A stretch of DNA of 64,000 nt from an uncultured Clostridia bacterium (GCA_947591785.1 CANQDK010000004.1:12137-76136); one strand, 5' to 3'; positions 39,096 to 48,256 are shown, numbered from the stretch's first letter. The notes: generated from the letters alone by a model not told the origin. Made by a program: numbers and translations.

Positions 39096-39235
39096 AGGTT
39101 TTCTCCTTCAAAAGTTGCGTATGATATAAAATCTACAACATTATTTATTGATAGAATTATAACACAAAATAAGAAAGAATAAAAATAATTTTTACAAATA
39201 AAAAAACTTGCCTAACAGTGGCAAGTTTAAAAATT

Positions 39236-39667
39236 TTATTTGTTTCTAAGCACGCGGTCAATCTTTTTGTTAAACTCATGTTCGACATTTTGTTTTTCTT
39301 TGTCGCAGTTTGCCTGAAGTTCGTTTTTCTTTTGTCTTTGTTGTTCTTGTAAATAGTGAATGCAATCTTTTGTATATGTACTAAAATGTTCTTTCATGTA
39401 ATCGAATAATTTTTGCAGCTTCACTTGGTTATGGTCACGAACACCAGAAATAAACATATAATCATTTATTTCATAGAAATCAGTTCTTTCGCTATTATAA
39501 GCAGGAAAATTTTTCCACTCTACTATTGTAAGACTATTTGGAAGAAAATGACAGGTGCATTCATGATTGGAAGTTTTAACTTCGGTATTTGGCAAACCAA
39601 GTTTTCTCAAAAGTTCTGGCAATTTGTTTTGTTTTCTTAATTCTTTCAAATATTTTGTTAAATCCAT
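39236..39667 (-). CDS. Hypothetical protein
   Basis: AGGAG lies 8 nt before ATG 39667, and a terminator AAACTTGCC...GGCAAGTTT lies downstream. The longer track start at 39763 has no RBS. Confidence 0.5.
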   Translation of the reverse strand: MDLTKYLKELRKQNKLPELLRKLGLPNTEVKTSNHECTCHFLPNSLTIVEWKNFPAYNSERTDFYEINDYMFISGVRDHNQVKLQKLFDYMKEHFSTYTKDCIHYLQEQQRQKKNELQANCDKEKQNVEHEFNKKIDRVLRNK

Positions 39668-39779
39668 TTTATTCACTCCTAAATCAAATTCAATTTCATT
39701 ATAATTCAATTTTGTGAAGTTGTCAATAGGGTTTTTGAAAAAAACGCAAGATTGTTTGGACAAGCGAATATCATATTAT

Positions 39780-41267
39780 ATGAAAACAAGATTAAAGAAA
39801 ATAAATATTTTAATTATGGCTGTTTTATTGTTTGGAATTTTTTGTTTTCCAATTTTCCTTACTGGTTGTGGAAGTGAAATTGAAAAAGAAAATTTATATG
39901 AAATTTATGCAGTTTTTAATGATGAAACAAAAACACTTGCATGCTCGCAAAAAGTTGAGTATGTCAACACAAGTGACAATGCTTTGAATGAAATTTGCTT
40001 TTTTCTATATGCAAATTCTTTTAGGGAGGGGCAAAAAGTTGTCAGTGATGCTTATTTTGACAGAACTTATCCTTCAAAACAGAAAAGTTTTGGTGAGATA
40101 GAAATTTTTTCTGCAAAAATTAACGATATTTCAGCGGATTTTGAAATATGTGAAGATGGGAACATTTTGACTGTGAAACTTTCAAAAATTCTCTATCCAA
40201 ATGAGAAAGTAGAAATTTATCTTGAATATAATGTTAAACTTGCAAATATAAGACATCGGCTGGGTTATGGAAATAACACTATCAATTTTGGGAATTTCTT
40301 TCCGATTATATGTGTTTATGAAAATGGCTTTGTGAAAAATGAGTTTTCTATGTATGGAGATCCTTTTTATAGCGAAGTTTCAAATTTTGTTGTTGAAATA
40401 AATTATCCAAATAAATTTTTATTAGCTTCAAGCGGAAATATTCTTGAAACCAAGGAAGATAATGAAAATCAAGAAAGAAATATAAGCGTTTGTAGGGCGG
40501 AAAGGGTTAGAGATTTTTGTTTTGTTTTAAGTGACAGATTTGAGAAAAGAACAGAAATTGTTGATGATATTGAAGTGAATTATTATTTTTACGATGACGA
40601 ATTTTCAAACGAACATTTAAAAACGGCTGTGAAAGCAGTCCAAACTTTTGGAAATTTATTTGGAAAATATCCATATTCCCAACTTTCAGTTGTGAAGGCA
40701 GATTTTTGTTTTGGTGGAATGGAATATCCGAATTTGGTGCTTATTGCAGACGACATTTCGAAAGATGATGTGGATTATGTGATTGCACATGAAATTGCAC
40801 ATCAGTGGTGGTATGGAGTCGTTGGAAATAATCAGTTTGAAAATGCTTGGGTTGATGAGGGGTTGACAGAATTTTCAACAGCACTTTTCTTTGAAAATAA
40901 TGCGGAGTATGGAATAGAATATGAAAAAATCATGAGTGGTGCAACAGAGAATTATAAAAATTTTTTGAGAATATATAAAGAAATTTATGATGACTTTGAC
41001 GAAAGTATTGACAGAAATATAAATTCTTTCCGCACAGAACCAGAATATGTCAATCACACATATACAAAAGGAATGCTTATGTTTGACAGTTTACGAAAGA
41101 TGCTTGGTGACAGAAAATTTTTCAAAGTTTTAAAAGAGTATTATAAAGATTTTTCGTTTGAGAATTCTTCCTCTGAGAAGCTTGTGCAAAGTTTTTCTGA
41201 ACACTCTCATATAAATTTGGAAAAGTTTTTTGAAGCATGGCTTAAAGGGAAGGTTGTATTCGGTTAA
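39780..41267 (+). CDS. M1 family (gluzincin) metallopeptidase, lipoprotein
   Basis: HEIAHQWWYG-x18-E zinc motif. Signal peptide with lipobox LTGC, starting from ATG 39780. Confidence 0.9.
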   Translation: MKTRLKKINILIMAVLLFGIFCFPIFLTGCGSEIEKENLYEIYAVFNDETKTLACSQKVEYVNTSDNALNEICFFLYANSFREGQKVVSDAYFDRTYPSKQKSFGEIEIFSAKINDISADFEICEDGNILTVKLSKILYPNEKVEIYLEYNVKLANIRHRLGYGNNTINFGNFFPIICVYENGFVKNEFSMYGDPFYSEVSNFVVEINYPNKFLLASSGNILETKEDNENQERNISVCRAERVRDFCFVLSDRFEKRTEIVDDIEVNYYFYDDEFSNEHLKTAVKAVQTFGNLFGKYPYSQLSVVKADFCFGGMEYPNLVLIADDISKDDVDYVIAHEIAHQWWYGVVGNNQFENAWVDEGLTEFSTALFFENNAEYGIEYEKIMSGATENYKNFLRIYKEIYDDFDESIDRNINSFRTEPEYVNHTYTKGMLMFDSLRKMLGDRKFFKVLKEYYKDFSFENSSSEKLVQSFSEHSHINLEKFFEAWLKGKVVFG

Positions 41268-41276
41268 GTTTAGGTC

Positions 41277-41305
41277 TTGACAGAGTAAAATTTTTGTGTT
41301 AAAAT
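41277..41305 (+). promoter_or_regulatory. Sigma-A-type promoter
   Basis: TTGACA at 41277-41282, a 17-nt spacer, TGtTAAAAT ending at 41305. Confidence 0.6.
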
Positions 41306-41321
41306 GCAGAAGAGGTGAAAA

Positions 41322-41534
41322 ATGAAAACAAATAAAACTACTAAAACAGTTCCTGAAAAAATGAAGTTGACAGATAAGGAATTATCCAAAATTGCAGAAA
41401 AACAAAGTGAAGGATTGGAAAGTTTTGAATTGAATGAACCTAAGTCAAAAGGAGAAATCCCTTCAAGAACAAGAATTAATAAAATATACACTGAAAAAAT
41501 GAAGGAAGCGGAAGAAAAAATTAGACAAAAATAA
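41322..41534 (+). CDS. Small charged protein of unknown function (70 aa)
   Basis: It has its own promoter, a GAGGTG RBS and a terminator. The overlapping minus-strand ORF is rejected. Confidence 0.55.
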   Translation: MKTNKTTKTVPEKMKLTDKELSKIAEKQSEGLESFELNEPKSKGEIPSRTRINKIYTEKMKEAEEKIRQK

Positions 41535-41564
41535 AACAAAAAAATGTTTTAAATCTGTAAAAAA

Positions 41565-41588
41565 ACAGCAAAAATATGCTGTTTTTTT
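41565..41588 (+). terminator. Rho-independent terminator
   Basis: ACAGCA-aaaata-TGCTGT followed by T7. Confidence 0.75.
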
Positions 41589-41860
41589 GATTTTTTTTAT
41601 TTAAAAATATGTTTTTTATGTTTTTTTTCATTTTTTTGTTATTTTCATAGAAAATTATATTTTTTTGCAGTTTTTATATTTTTTATTTTCATTTATTTTT
41701 TTAATTTTATTTTATATTGAAATTTGTATTGAATTTATTTTATTTTTATTTAACTTCTTATAAAGAATCTTTTTAATTTTTTATCGCAATATTATAAAAG
41801 TTTTTGTAGTTTTGATAAAATTTGCAATTTTGCACAAAATTGTTTTGACAAGGAGAAAAT

Positions 41861-42667
41861 ATGGCAAAAATAAAAACTGCAATTCAATTTGGACTTGTTT
41901 ACATTCCAGTCACACTTCATTCATGCACAAAAAATACTGATATTGGTTTCAATCTTCTTTATAAAAAAACTGGACAAAGAATTAGATATAAAAAAACTTG
42001 TGAAAATTGTCCTGCAAAAATATCGCAAGATGATATTGTGAAGGGGTATGAATATGAGAGAGGAAAATATGTTATTTTGACTTCTCAAGAATTTGAAAAA
42101 CTTAAAACAAAAAAAGATGAAAATATTGAAATTTTCCAGTTTTCACGTCTTGAAGAAATTGATCCAATTTTTTACGAGGATTCATATTATGTTGAGCCTG
42201 TTGGAGCAAAGAATGCTTATTTTCTACTTTCAAAAGCGTTAGAAAGCGAGAAGAAAGTTGGGATAGCAAAAACTGTCTTGGGGCATACAGAGAGTTTAAT
42301 CGCTTTACGGGTTATTGAAGGGCTTCTTGTTATGTCAAAATTGCATTTTGCTGACGAGGTTCAAGAAAATCCTGTTGAAAAATCTAAAAGCACTGTAAAA
42401 AAAGAAGAACTTGAACTCGCAAAAAAATTGATTGAAAATATGACAAAAAAGTTTGATATAAATGACTATAAAAACGAATATAAGGAAAGAGTTCAAAAGG
42501 CGATTGAAAATAAAATTGCTGGACAAGAAATTCAAACGCCAAAATCCGCAAAAACAAAAACGATTGCCAATATTATGGATGCACTTAGACAATCAATTAA
42601 AAACGAGGAAAATGATGATGAAAATGAATATGAAAATAAAATTGTTAAAATGAAAAAACGAGCATAA
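41861..42667 (+). CDS. ku: Non-homologous end joining protein Ku
   Basis: IQFGLVYIPVTLHS, DIVKGYEYERGKYVILT, EIDPIFYEDSYYVEP. It is colinear with B. subtilis YkoV as I recall it. Confidence 0.92.
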   Translation: MAKIKTAIQFGLVYIPVTLHSCTKNTDIGFNLLYKKTGQRIRYKKTCENCPAKISQDDIVKGYEYERGKYVILTSQEFEKLKTKKDENIEIFQFSRLEEIDPIFYEDSYYVEPVGAKNAYFLLSKALESEKKVGIAKTVLGHTESLIALRVIEGLLVMSKLHFADEVQENPVEKSKSTVKKEELELAKKLIENMTKKFDINDYKNEYKERVQKAIENKIAGQEIQTPKSAKTKTIANIMDALRQSIKNEENDDENEYENKIVKMKKRA

Positions 42668-42910
42668 ATTCTCGTTTTTTAGTTTTTTTATTAGAAAATT
42701 GATTTTTTTTGTGTTTTTTTTGTTTTTTTTATTATTTTTAGTATCTTAACTATTTTATTATTTTCTTAATTTATTTCTAAATTTTATTTTTGTTATTGTT
42801 ATTTTTTTTAATTTTTATTTATTATTTTTAATTTTTATTGTTTTTGTTTTAATTTTTTAATTCTATCAAAATCCATATTTTTATTTCAATTAAACTTTTA
42901 ATTTAAATTT

Positions 42911-43774
42911 TTAATTGTCAAGAGAGGATATTGTTCCAAGATTTTTATAGATAAGGCCAAGTTGATAATTCTGATTGTTGTAGGAAAAGTTAAATGTTAT
43001 TAAATATGTTTTTGTGTTGGAATCGTAACTTACATTTCTTGTATAAGAAGCTTGTGGATTTTGCTCTGTGTAGCTTTCTGGTTGAAATAAGACATTTATA
43101 TCAAACTCTCTATAAGAACCATTAAATGTTGCATCAACATGAATCCTTTGTGCTTGATTTGGATCTAGTTTCAAAACATTTGTAACTTTCTTTTCAGGAA
43201 AAACAAGAACATTATCTTTTATGCTTAAATTTGATTCAGAAAAAGTGAGAACTGAATTGCTTGATTGAACTATATCAAAACTTGCATCAAGAATTGGCGA
43301 TGATGAGCCATCATCTATTTGAGGCGGGATTGAAGAATCGGTTGTCAGATATAATGAATCAAATTTTACATATTTCATTTTTTTATCTTCAAAAATGGCA
43401 GTGTATTGTCCCTGTGTGTTTTTATTGACTCTAAATGACAATTCACTTGATACGATAATTTCTTCGTCATTCACAACCTGAGTTTCATTTTTGATTGTAT
43501 ATCTCGAATCCGATTCAAGTTCGGTTTCTTCTTGGAACAGCCATGTAATAAATTTGCCATAACTTCCATCATTTTTCGGATTTGAGGTTGCTCTTAATGT
43601 TATCAATGTTCCTTCTTTATATGGCGTTGAACTTATCTTTTCAACTTTTCCTTCATTCCACGAATTCACTTCGACAGTAATAAGAAAGGATTCCACCTTT
43701 TCATTGCAACCAAAAAGAGCAACTAAAGGAAAGAAAGATAGTAGCAATAAAAATATCACAATTTTTTTTCTCAT
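42911..43774 (-). CDS. Lipoprotein of unknown function
   Basis: GGAGGA precedes ATG 43774. Signal peptide with lipobox LFGC. Confidence 0.65.
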   Translation of the reverse strand: MRKKIVIFLLLLSFFPLVALFGCNEKVESFLITVEVNSWNEGKVEKISSTPYKEGTLITLRATSNPKNDGSYGKFITWLFQEETELESDSRYTIKNETQVVNDEEIIVSSELSFRVNKNTQGQYTAIFEDKKMKYVKFDSLYLTTDSSIPPQIDDGSSSPILDASFDIVQSSNSVLTFSESNLSIKDNVLVFPEKKVTNVLKLDPNQAQRIHVDATFNGSYREFDINVLFQPESYTEQNPQASYTRNVSYDSNTKTYLITFNFSYNNQNYQLGLIYKNLGTISSLDN

Positions 43775-44147
43775 GGACTCCTCCAAAAAGACGCTTGTCT
43801 ATTTTTATCAAATTTTAAACTTTGTTTTTCAAGCCTTGTTTTAACTCTAATTCTCATTTTTAAATTTAAGAAAATTTAGCGTTTTATGTTGTATTTTTGA
43901 ATTTTGTGTTACTAAAAAACTTTCTTATTAAACTAAATTAAAGTTATAAGTTAAACCACTCAATTTTATAATACTTATTTTTTTAGAAAAAAGCAAATTT
44001 TTTTGTGAGTTTACTTAAAATCGTCAAAAAAAATTATTTGTTTTTTTGAGTATTTTTAAACTGCTTGCATAAAATAGTTGTTGTGTAGGGTTTGTGCGAA
44101 TCTTTATGTTACGCAAACTTGCAAAATGAGTCTTACAAGGAGTTTTT

Positions 44148-44918
44148 ATGTGGGAACTTTCAATTTCGGTGAGTTCAAAAAACCTTGAAATTGCCAGATT
44201 TATTTATCAAACACTTAAAACAAAAACTGAAAACTGTGCATCTGTAATCACTTGTTATGAAGAATTTGATAACTTTTTTATTTTATTTGGCTGCCCGATT
44301 GAAGAACAGGTGACGGCACGTATGGAAATCGAGAAGTGCATTGTTAAGGCAATTTGTAATTTTTACAAAGAAAGATACTTGACTGAAAATTTGCACTTGC
44401 CTGCACATGAAAATATGAGTTTGACTGCCTTTAAGAAAGCCTTGATAAATTTTGATAAGGAAACTGATTTTTATATCATAAGCAAAAATCTCAAATTGGA
44501 AAAAAATCTATATTTAGACGAATTTTATCTTTTCAAACTTAAATCATTGCGTGAAAAGTGGGCGGAACTCGTTGCACTTGCAAATGAAAATAGTGATTAT
44601 TTAGTCAGCAATGAAGCCTTTTTTGATCTTTTGAAATTTTTAATAGATAATCTTGAAGTCTGTGAAGAAGAAATCAATGTTTTTGAAAAAAATAACGGCT
44701 ATTTTATTAAGGCGAAAGACAAAGATTTGTTCTGTGAAAATTTGTCTCAAGAAGGGCTTGTTTCAAGTTTAATTGAGTTATGTCCAAAGAAAATAAATTT
44801 GTTTTGTCGCTCTGATGACAACACTGCTGGTTTTTTGAGTCGTATTTTTGACGAACGAATAAACGTTTGCTATAACAAAAATTTAGAAAAAGTTGATAAA
44901 TTTTCTGTTTTAAAATAA
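44148..44918 (+). CDS. ytxC: Putative sporulation protein YtxC
   Basis: Its position directly upstream of thrS matches Bacillus. Its size and the LYLDEFYLFKL region are YtxC-like. Confidence 0.65.
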   Translation: MWELSISVSSKNLEIARFIYQTLKTKTENCASVITCYEEFDNFFILFGCPIEEQVTARMEIEKCIVKAICNFYKERYLTENLHLPAHENMSLTAFKKALINFDKETDFYIISKNLKLEKNLYLDEFYLFKLKSLREKWAELVALANENSDYLVSNEAFFDLLKFLIDNLEVCEEEINVFEKNNGYFIKAKDKDLFCENLSQEGLVSSLIELCPKKINLFCRSDDNTAGFLSRIFDERINVCYNKNLEKVDKFSVLK

Positions 44919-44934
44919 ATTTTCTGTTTTAAAA
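44897..44934. repeat. Perfect tandem duplication (2 x 19 bp, TAAATTTTCTGTTTTAAAA) spanning the ytxC stop codon
   Basis: 44897-44915 is identical to 44916-34. Confidence 0.9.
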
Positions 44935-45114
44935 ATAGATTTAATTATTTTAAGAATACAGTTGCAACTTGTATTAATGATTACCGAATTTCTATTGTTT
45001 TATGACACTTTAAGTTTATCTTCACTTAATTATTTCCTATATTTAAAGCTTTGTTGCACATTCAAAGCATCGATGTGGGTGATTGTTAACAAATGAATTA
45101 GTTCATTAATAAGT

Positions 45115-45131
45115 GGGGGGGGGAAAAAAAA
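45115..45131. repeat. G9 followed by A8 homopolymer pair
   Basis: Read directly: gggggggggaaaaaaaa. Confidence 0.9.
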
Positions 45132-45333
45132 TTGTTAAAATGAATATGTTAATTAATAATTTGTAAATGACTTATCTATTATATTATGTTTCATTTCATA
45201 TTCAAATTAAATTATTTTGAAATCCTATTATTTTGAAACTAAAATAATTTTATTGAAACGCAAAAAAATAAATGTAAACACAAACTTTTAGAAAAGAAAA
45301 TTTCAACTAAGATTAAAAAATTGTTAAAATGTC

Positions 45334-45362
45334 TTGACAGAAACTTATTTTTCATATATAAT
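45334..45362 (+). promoter_or_regulatory. Consensus promoter of the thrS leader
   Basis: TTGACA at 45334-45339, a 17-nt spacer, TATAAT at 45357-45362. Confidence 0.7.
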
Positions 45363-45368
45363 TGTTTT

Positions 45369-45598
45369 GTATTTGTAGAGACAAGTAGATTTTGCAGTTT
45401 TGTGCACAGAGAAGGGTTGGTTGGTGTAAAACCTTGACATACGCAATTTTGAAACCACTTTACACATTGCTATGAATTGTAGCTTTGAAAAAAAATACCA
45501 AAATTTAATAAGAGTGGCACGGATTGTTGTGCAATTAAGGTGGAACCGCGGTAAAATATCGTCCTTAAAAACATTATGATTGTTTTTGAGGATTTTTT
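45369..45598 (+). promoter_or_regulatory. T-box leader of thrS (specifier ACC)
   Basis: AGAGA boxes, the distal GGTGTAAAA, the specifier context GAA-ACC-A (45454-45456), the T-box AATTAAGGTGGAACCGCGG (45533-45551) and the terminator 45563-45598. Confidence 0.9.
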
Positions 45599-45625
45599 AT
45601 TTCCTCAAAACAAAAGGAGATTTTT

Positions 45626-47395
45626 ATGAAAATTGTTAAAGATGAAAAACTAAACATGGCAAGACATGGGCTTGCTCACATTCTTGCAAAGGCTCTTGTA
45701 AGTCTTTATCCAGACACAAAATTGGCTATTGGACCAGCAATTGAAGATGGTTTTTATTATGATGTTGACACAAAAGAGCAATTGACTCCAGACCATTTTG
45801 ATGCTATTGAAAAAAAGATGCATGAAATCCTTGGAAAAGGAGAACCTTTTGTTAGAGAAGAAATTTCAAGGAGTGAAGCCCTTAAACTTTTCTCTGGCAA
45901 TCCTTATAAAGAAGAAATTATCAACGAACTTCCTAAAGATGCTGTTATTTCAATTTACAAGACGGGAGATGACTTTTTTGATTTGTGTTCTGGCCCTCAT
46001 GTTGAAAGTAGCAAAAATTTGCAAAACTATGCTTTCAAAATTCATGCTGTGAATGGTGCATATTGGCGTGGTGATGAAAAAAATAAGATGCTTCAAAGAG
46101 TGTATGTCTATGCTTTTGCCGATAAAAAACAACTTGCAGAACATATTAGAATGTTGGAAGAGGCAAAGAAACGCGACCATAATAAGCTTGGCAGAGAACT
46201 TGAAATTTTTACAACAGTTGACTATATTGGACAGGGGCTTCCAATTATTTTGCCAAAAGGTGCAAAAATCATTCAAATTATGCAAAGGTTTGTTGAAGAT
46301 GAAGAGGCAAGACGCGGTTGGCAGTTGACAAAAACTCCATATATGGCAAAAAGTGACCTCTATAAAATTTCGGGACATTGGGATCATTATAAAGAAGGTA
46401 TGTTTGTGCTGGGAGATGAAAAAAAGGATAAGGAAGTTTTTGCACTTAGGCCAATGACTTGTCCTTTCCAATATCAAGCTTATTTAAACAAAGCTCGTTC
46501 ATATAAGGATTTGCCTTTACGCTATGATGAAACTTCAACATTGTTTAGAAATGAAGCAAGTGGGGAAATGCATGGATTGATTCGCGTTAGACAGTTCACG
46601 ATTTCAGAAGGACATTTGATGTGCACACCAGAACAACTGGAACAGGAATTTAAATCTTGTCTTGAACTTGCAATTTTTATGTTGAAAGCAGTTGGACTTT
46701 ATGAAGATGCATCATATCGTTTTTCACAATGGGACCCGAAAGATAAGTCAAAATATATTGGAACTGAAGAACAATGGACTCAAACGCAAAACACTATGCA
46801 AAAAATTTTGGACCATTTGGATATTCCTTATGAAGTTGCTATTGGTGAAGCTGCGTTTTATGGCCCTAAACTTGACATTCAAATTAGGAATGTTTTTGGA
46901 AAGGAAGACACTCTTATAACAATCCAAATAGACCAGATGCAAGCGGAACTTTTTGGAATGGAATACACAGATAAAGATGGCAAAAAGAAATATCCAACAA
47001 TCATTCACAGAACAAGTATTGGTTGTTATGAAAGAACTCTTGCCTATTTGATTGAAAAGTATGCTGGAGCATTTCCACTTTGGCTTGCACCAGTGCAAGT
47101 TAAGGTTTTGTCTTTGACGGAGCGTAATAACGATTATGCAAAAGAAGTCTTTGACATATTGCAGTCAAAGGGATTTAGAGCAGAACTTGATGATAGAAAT
47201 GAAAAAATTGGCTATAAAATCCGTGAAGCAAGTGCTATGAAAATCCCTTATCTTATTATTGTTGGTGATGAAGAAGAAAAAACAAAGACAATTTCCATTA
47301 GAGGCCGTGGCTTTGAAAACAAGAGTGGGCTTATGCTTGAAGACTTCATGGTTCGACTTAATGATGAAGTTGAAAAGAGAGTCCTAAAAAAATAA
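45626..47395 (+). CDS. thrS: Threonyl-tRNA synthetase (no N-terminal TGS domain)
   Basis: It begins just before the RHGLAH editing-domain motif. Class II core and anticodon-binding domain are present. AAGGAG serves as the RBS. Confidence 0.97.
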   Translation: MKIVKDEKLNMARHGLAHILAKALVSLYPDTKLAIGPAIEDGFYYDVDTKEQLTPDHFDAIEKKMHEILGKGEPFVREEISRSEALKLFSGNPYKEEIINELPKDAVISIYKTGDDFFDLCSGPHVESSKNLQNYAFKIHAVNGAYWRGDEKNKMLQRVYVYAFADKKQLAEHIRMLEEAKKRDHNKLGRELEIFTTVDYIGQGLPIILPKGAKIIQIMQRFVEDEEARRGWQLTKTPYMAKSDLYKISGHWDHYKEGMFVLGDEKKDKEVFALRPMTCPFQYQAYLNKARSYKDLPLRYDETSTLFRNEASGEMHGLIRVRQFTISEGHLMCTPEQLEQEFKSCLELAIFMLKAVGLYEDASYRFSQWDPKDKSKYIGTEEQWTQTQNTMQKILDHLDIPYEVAIGEAAFYGPKLDIQIRNVFGKEDTLITIQIDQMQAELFGMEYTDKDGKKKYPTIIHRTSIGCYERTLAYLIEKYAGAFPLWLAPVQVKVLSLTERNNDYAKEVFDILQSKGFRAELDDRNEKIGYKIREASAMKIPYLIIVGDEEEKTKTISIRGRGFENKSGLMLEDFMVRLNDEVEKRVLKK

Positions 47396-47519
47396 AAGAG
47401 AAAAATATTTGTAAAAGAACATTCGACAAATTTCTTGCTTTATCGTAAAAAAAATGAAAAATTTGTTTGAAAATAAAGTGTCGATGTGTTAGTATATTAA
47501 AAGGAGTTGCTTAAATTAT

Positions 47520-47594
47520 ATGGGCTTCAACGAAGTTTTTTTGCCAATTGCTGTGATTTTGTTTGTGCTTGTTGTTGGATTTTATTTTAAATAG
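47520..47594 (+). CDS. Possible 24-aa hydrophobic micropeptide (MGFNEVFLPIAVILFVLVVGFYFK)
   Basis: AAGGAG lies 13 nt upstream. A possible promoter is TTGAAA-17-TAGTAT at 47467-47495. It would form a single TM helix. There is no homology support. Confidence 0.25.
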   Translation: MGFNEVFLPIAVILFVLVVGFYFK

Positions 47595-47776
47595 ATTTTT
47601 TCTTAAAATTTAAAATAAGGCAAATTCAAAAATAATAATAACCAATCAGTTGTTTCTAATTAAATAAAAACACAAATTAAATATAAAAACAAAAAATTTG
47701 GTTAGATGGTTATGGAAAATCGTAAAAATTGTCAAAATTACAAAATTAACAAAAAATAAAAAAATAGGAGTGAAAA

Positions 47777-48256
47777 ATGGATCAGGTTTGGAATTATGTA
47801 TTGATTGCTGTCGTTGCTCTTCTTCTTATTGCAATGCCAATCATGATGAACGCTCGCAATAAGCGTGAAACACAAAAAGTGCAAGAACAGACAAATTCTC
47901 TTAAAGTTGGAGATAAGGTTTTGACAACAAGTGGAGTTTATGGCACAATCACAGAGGTTAAGTTTGATGACAGCAAAAAAACTGTTGTTATTGAAACAGG
48001 TGGAAAAACAAAAAGCTATTTGACTGTTGATGCTTATGCAATTTACACTGTCTTTAAGAGTGATGAAGAACTTAAACGCGAGGCAGAGGCAAAACTTAAA
48101 GCAGAAGAGGAACAAAAGAAAATAGAAGATAAAAAGAACGAAGAGAAAAAAAATAAGAAAAAATCATCAGCCAAAGATAATAAAAATGATGCTGCCGAAA
48201 TCATTGAACAAAATGAAAAAACAAATAATGATGAAGCAAAGCAAGAAAATGCTTAA
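47777..48256 (+). CDS. yajC: Preprotein translocase subunit YajC with a Lys/Glu-rich C-terminal extension
   Basis: A TM helix followed by VGDKVLTTSGVYGTITEV. Confidence 0.85.
   Translation: MDQVWNYVLIAVVALLLIAMPIMMNARNKRETQKVQEQTNSLKVGDKVLTTSGVYGTITEVKFDDSKKTVVIETGGKTKSYLTVDAYAIYTVFKSDEELKREAEAKLKAEEEQKKIEDKKNEEKKNKKKSSAKDNKNDAAEIIEQNEKTNNDEAKQENA

Noticed and set aside
41270-41539. 89-aa minus-strand ORF
   Set aside because: The plus-strand 70-aa ORF has a promoter, an SD and a terminator. The minus-strand ORF has none and encodes low-complexity hydrophobic sequence.
41589-42910. Long T-rich tracts flanking ku as a CRISPR array or specific repeats
   Set aside because: There is no repeat-spacer periodicity. 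Similar strand-biased T-rich low complexity fills other long spacers (16830-17178, 30404-30590), so it appears to be a general genome property.
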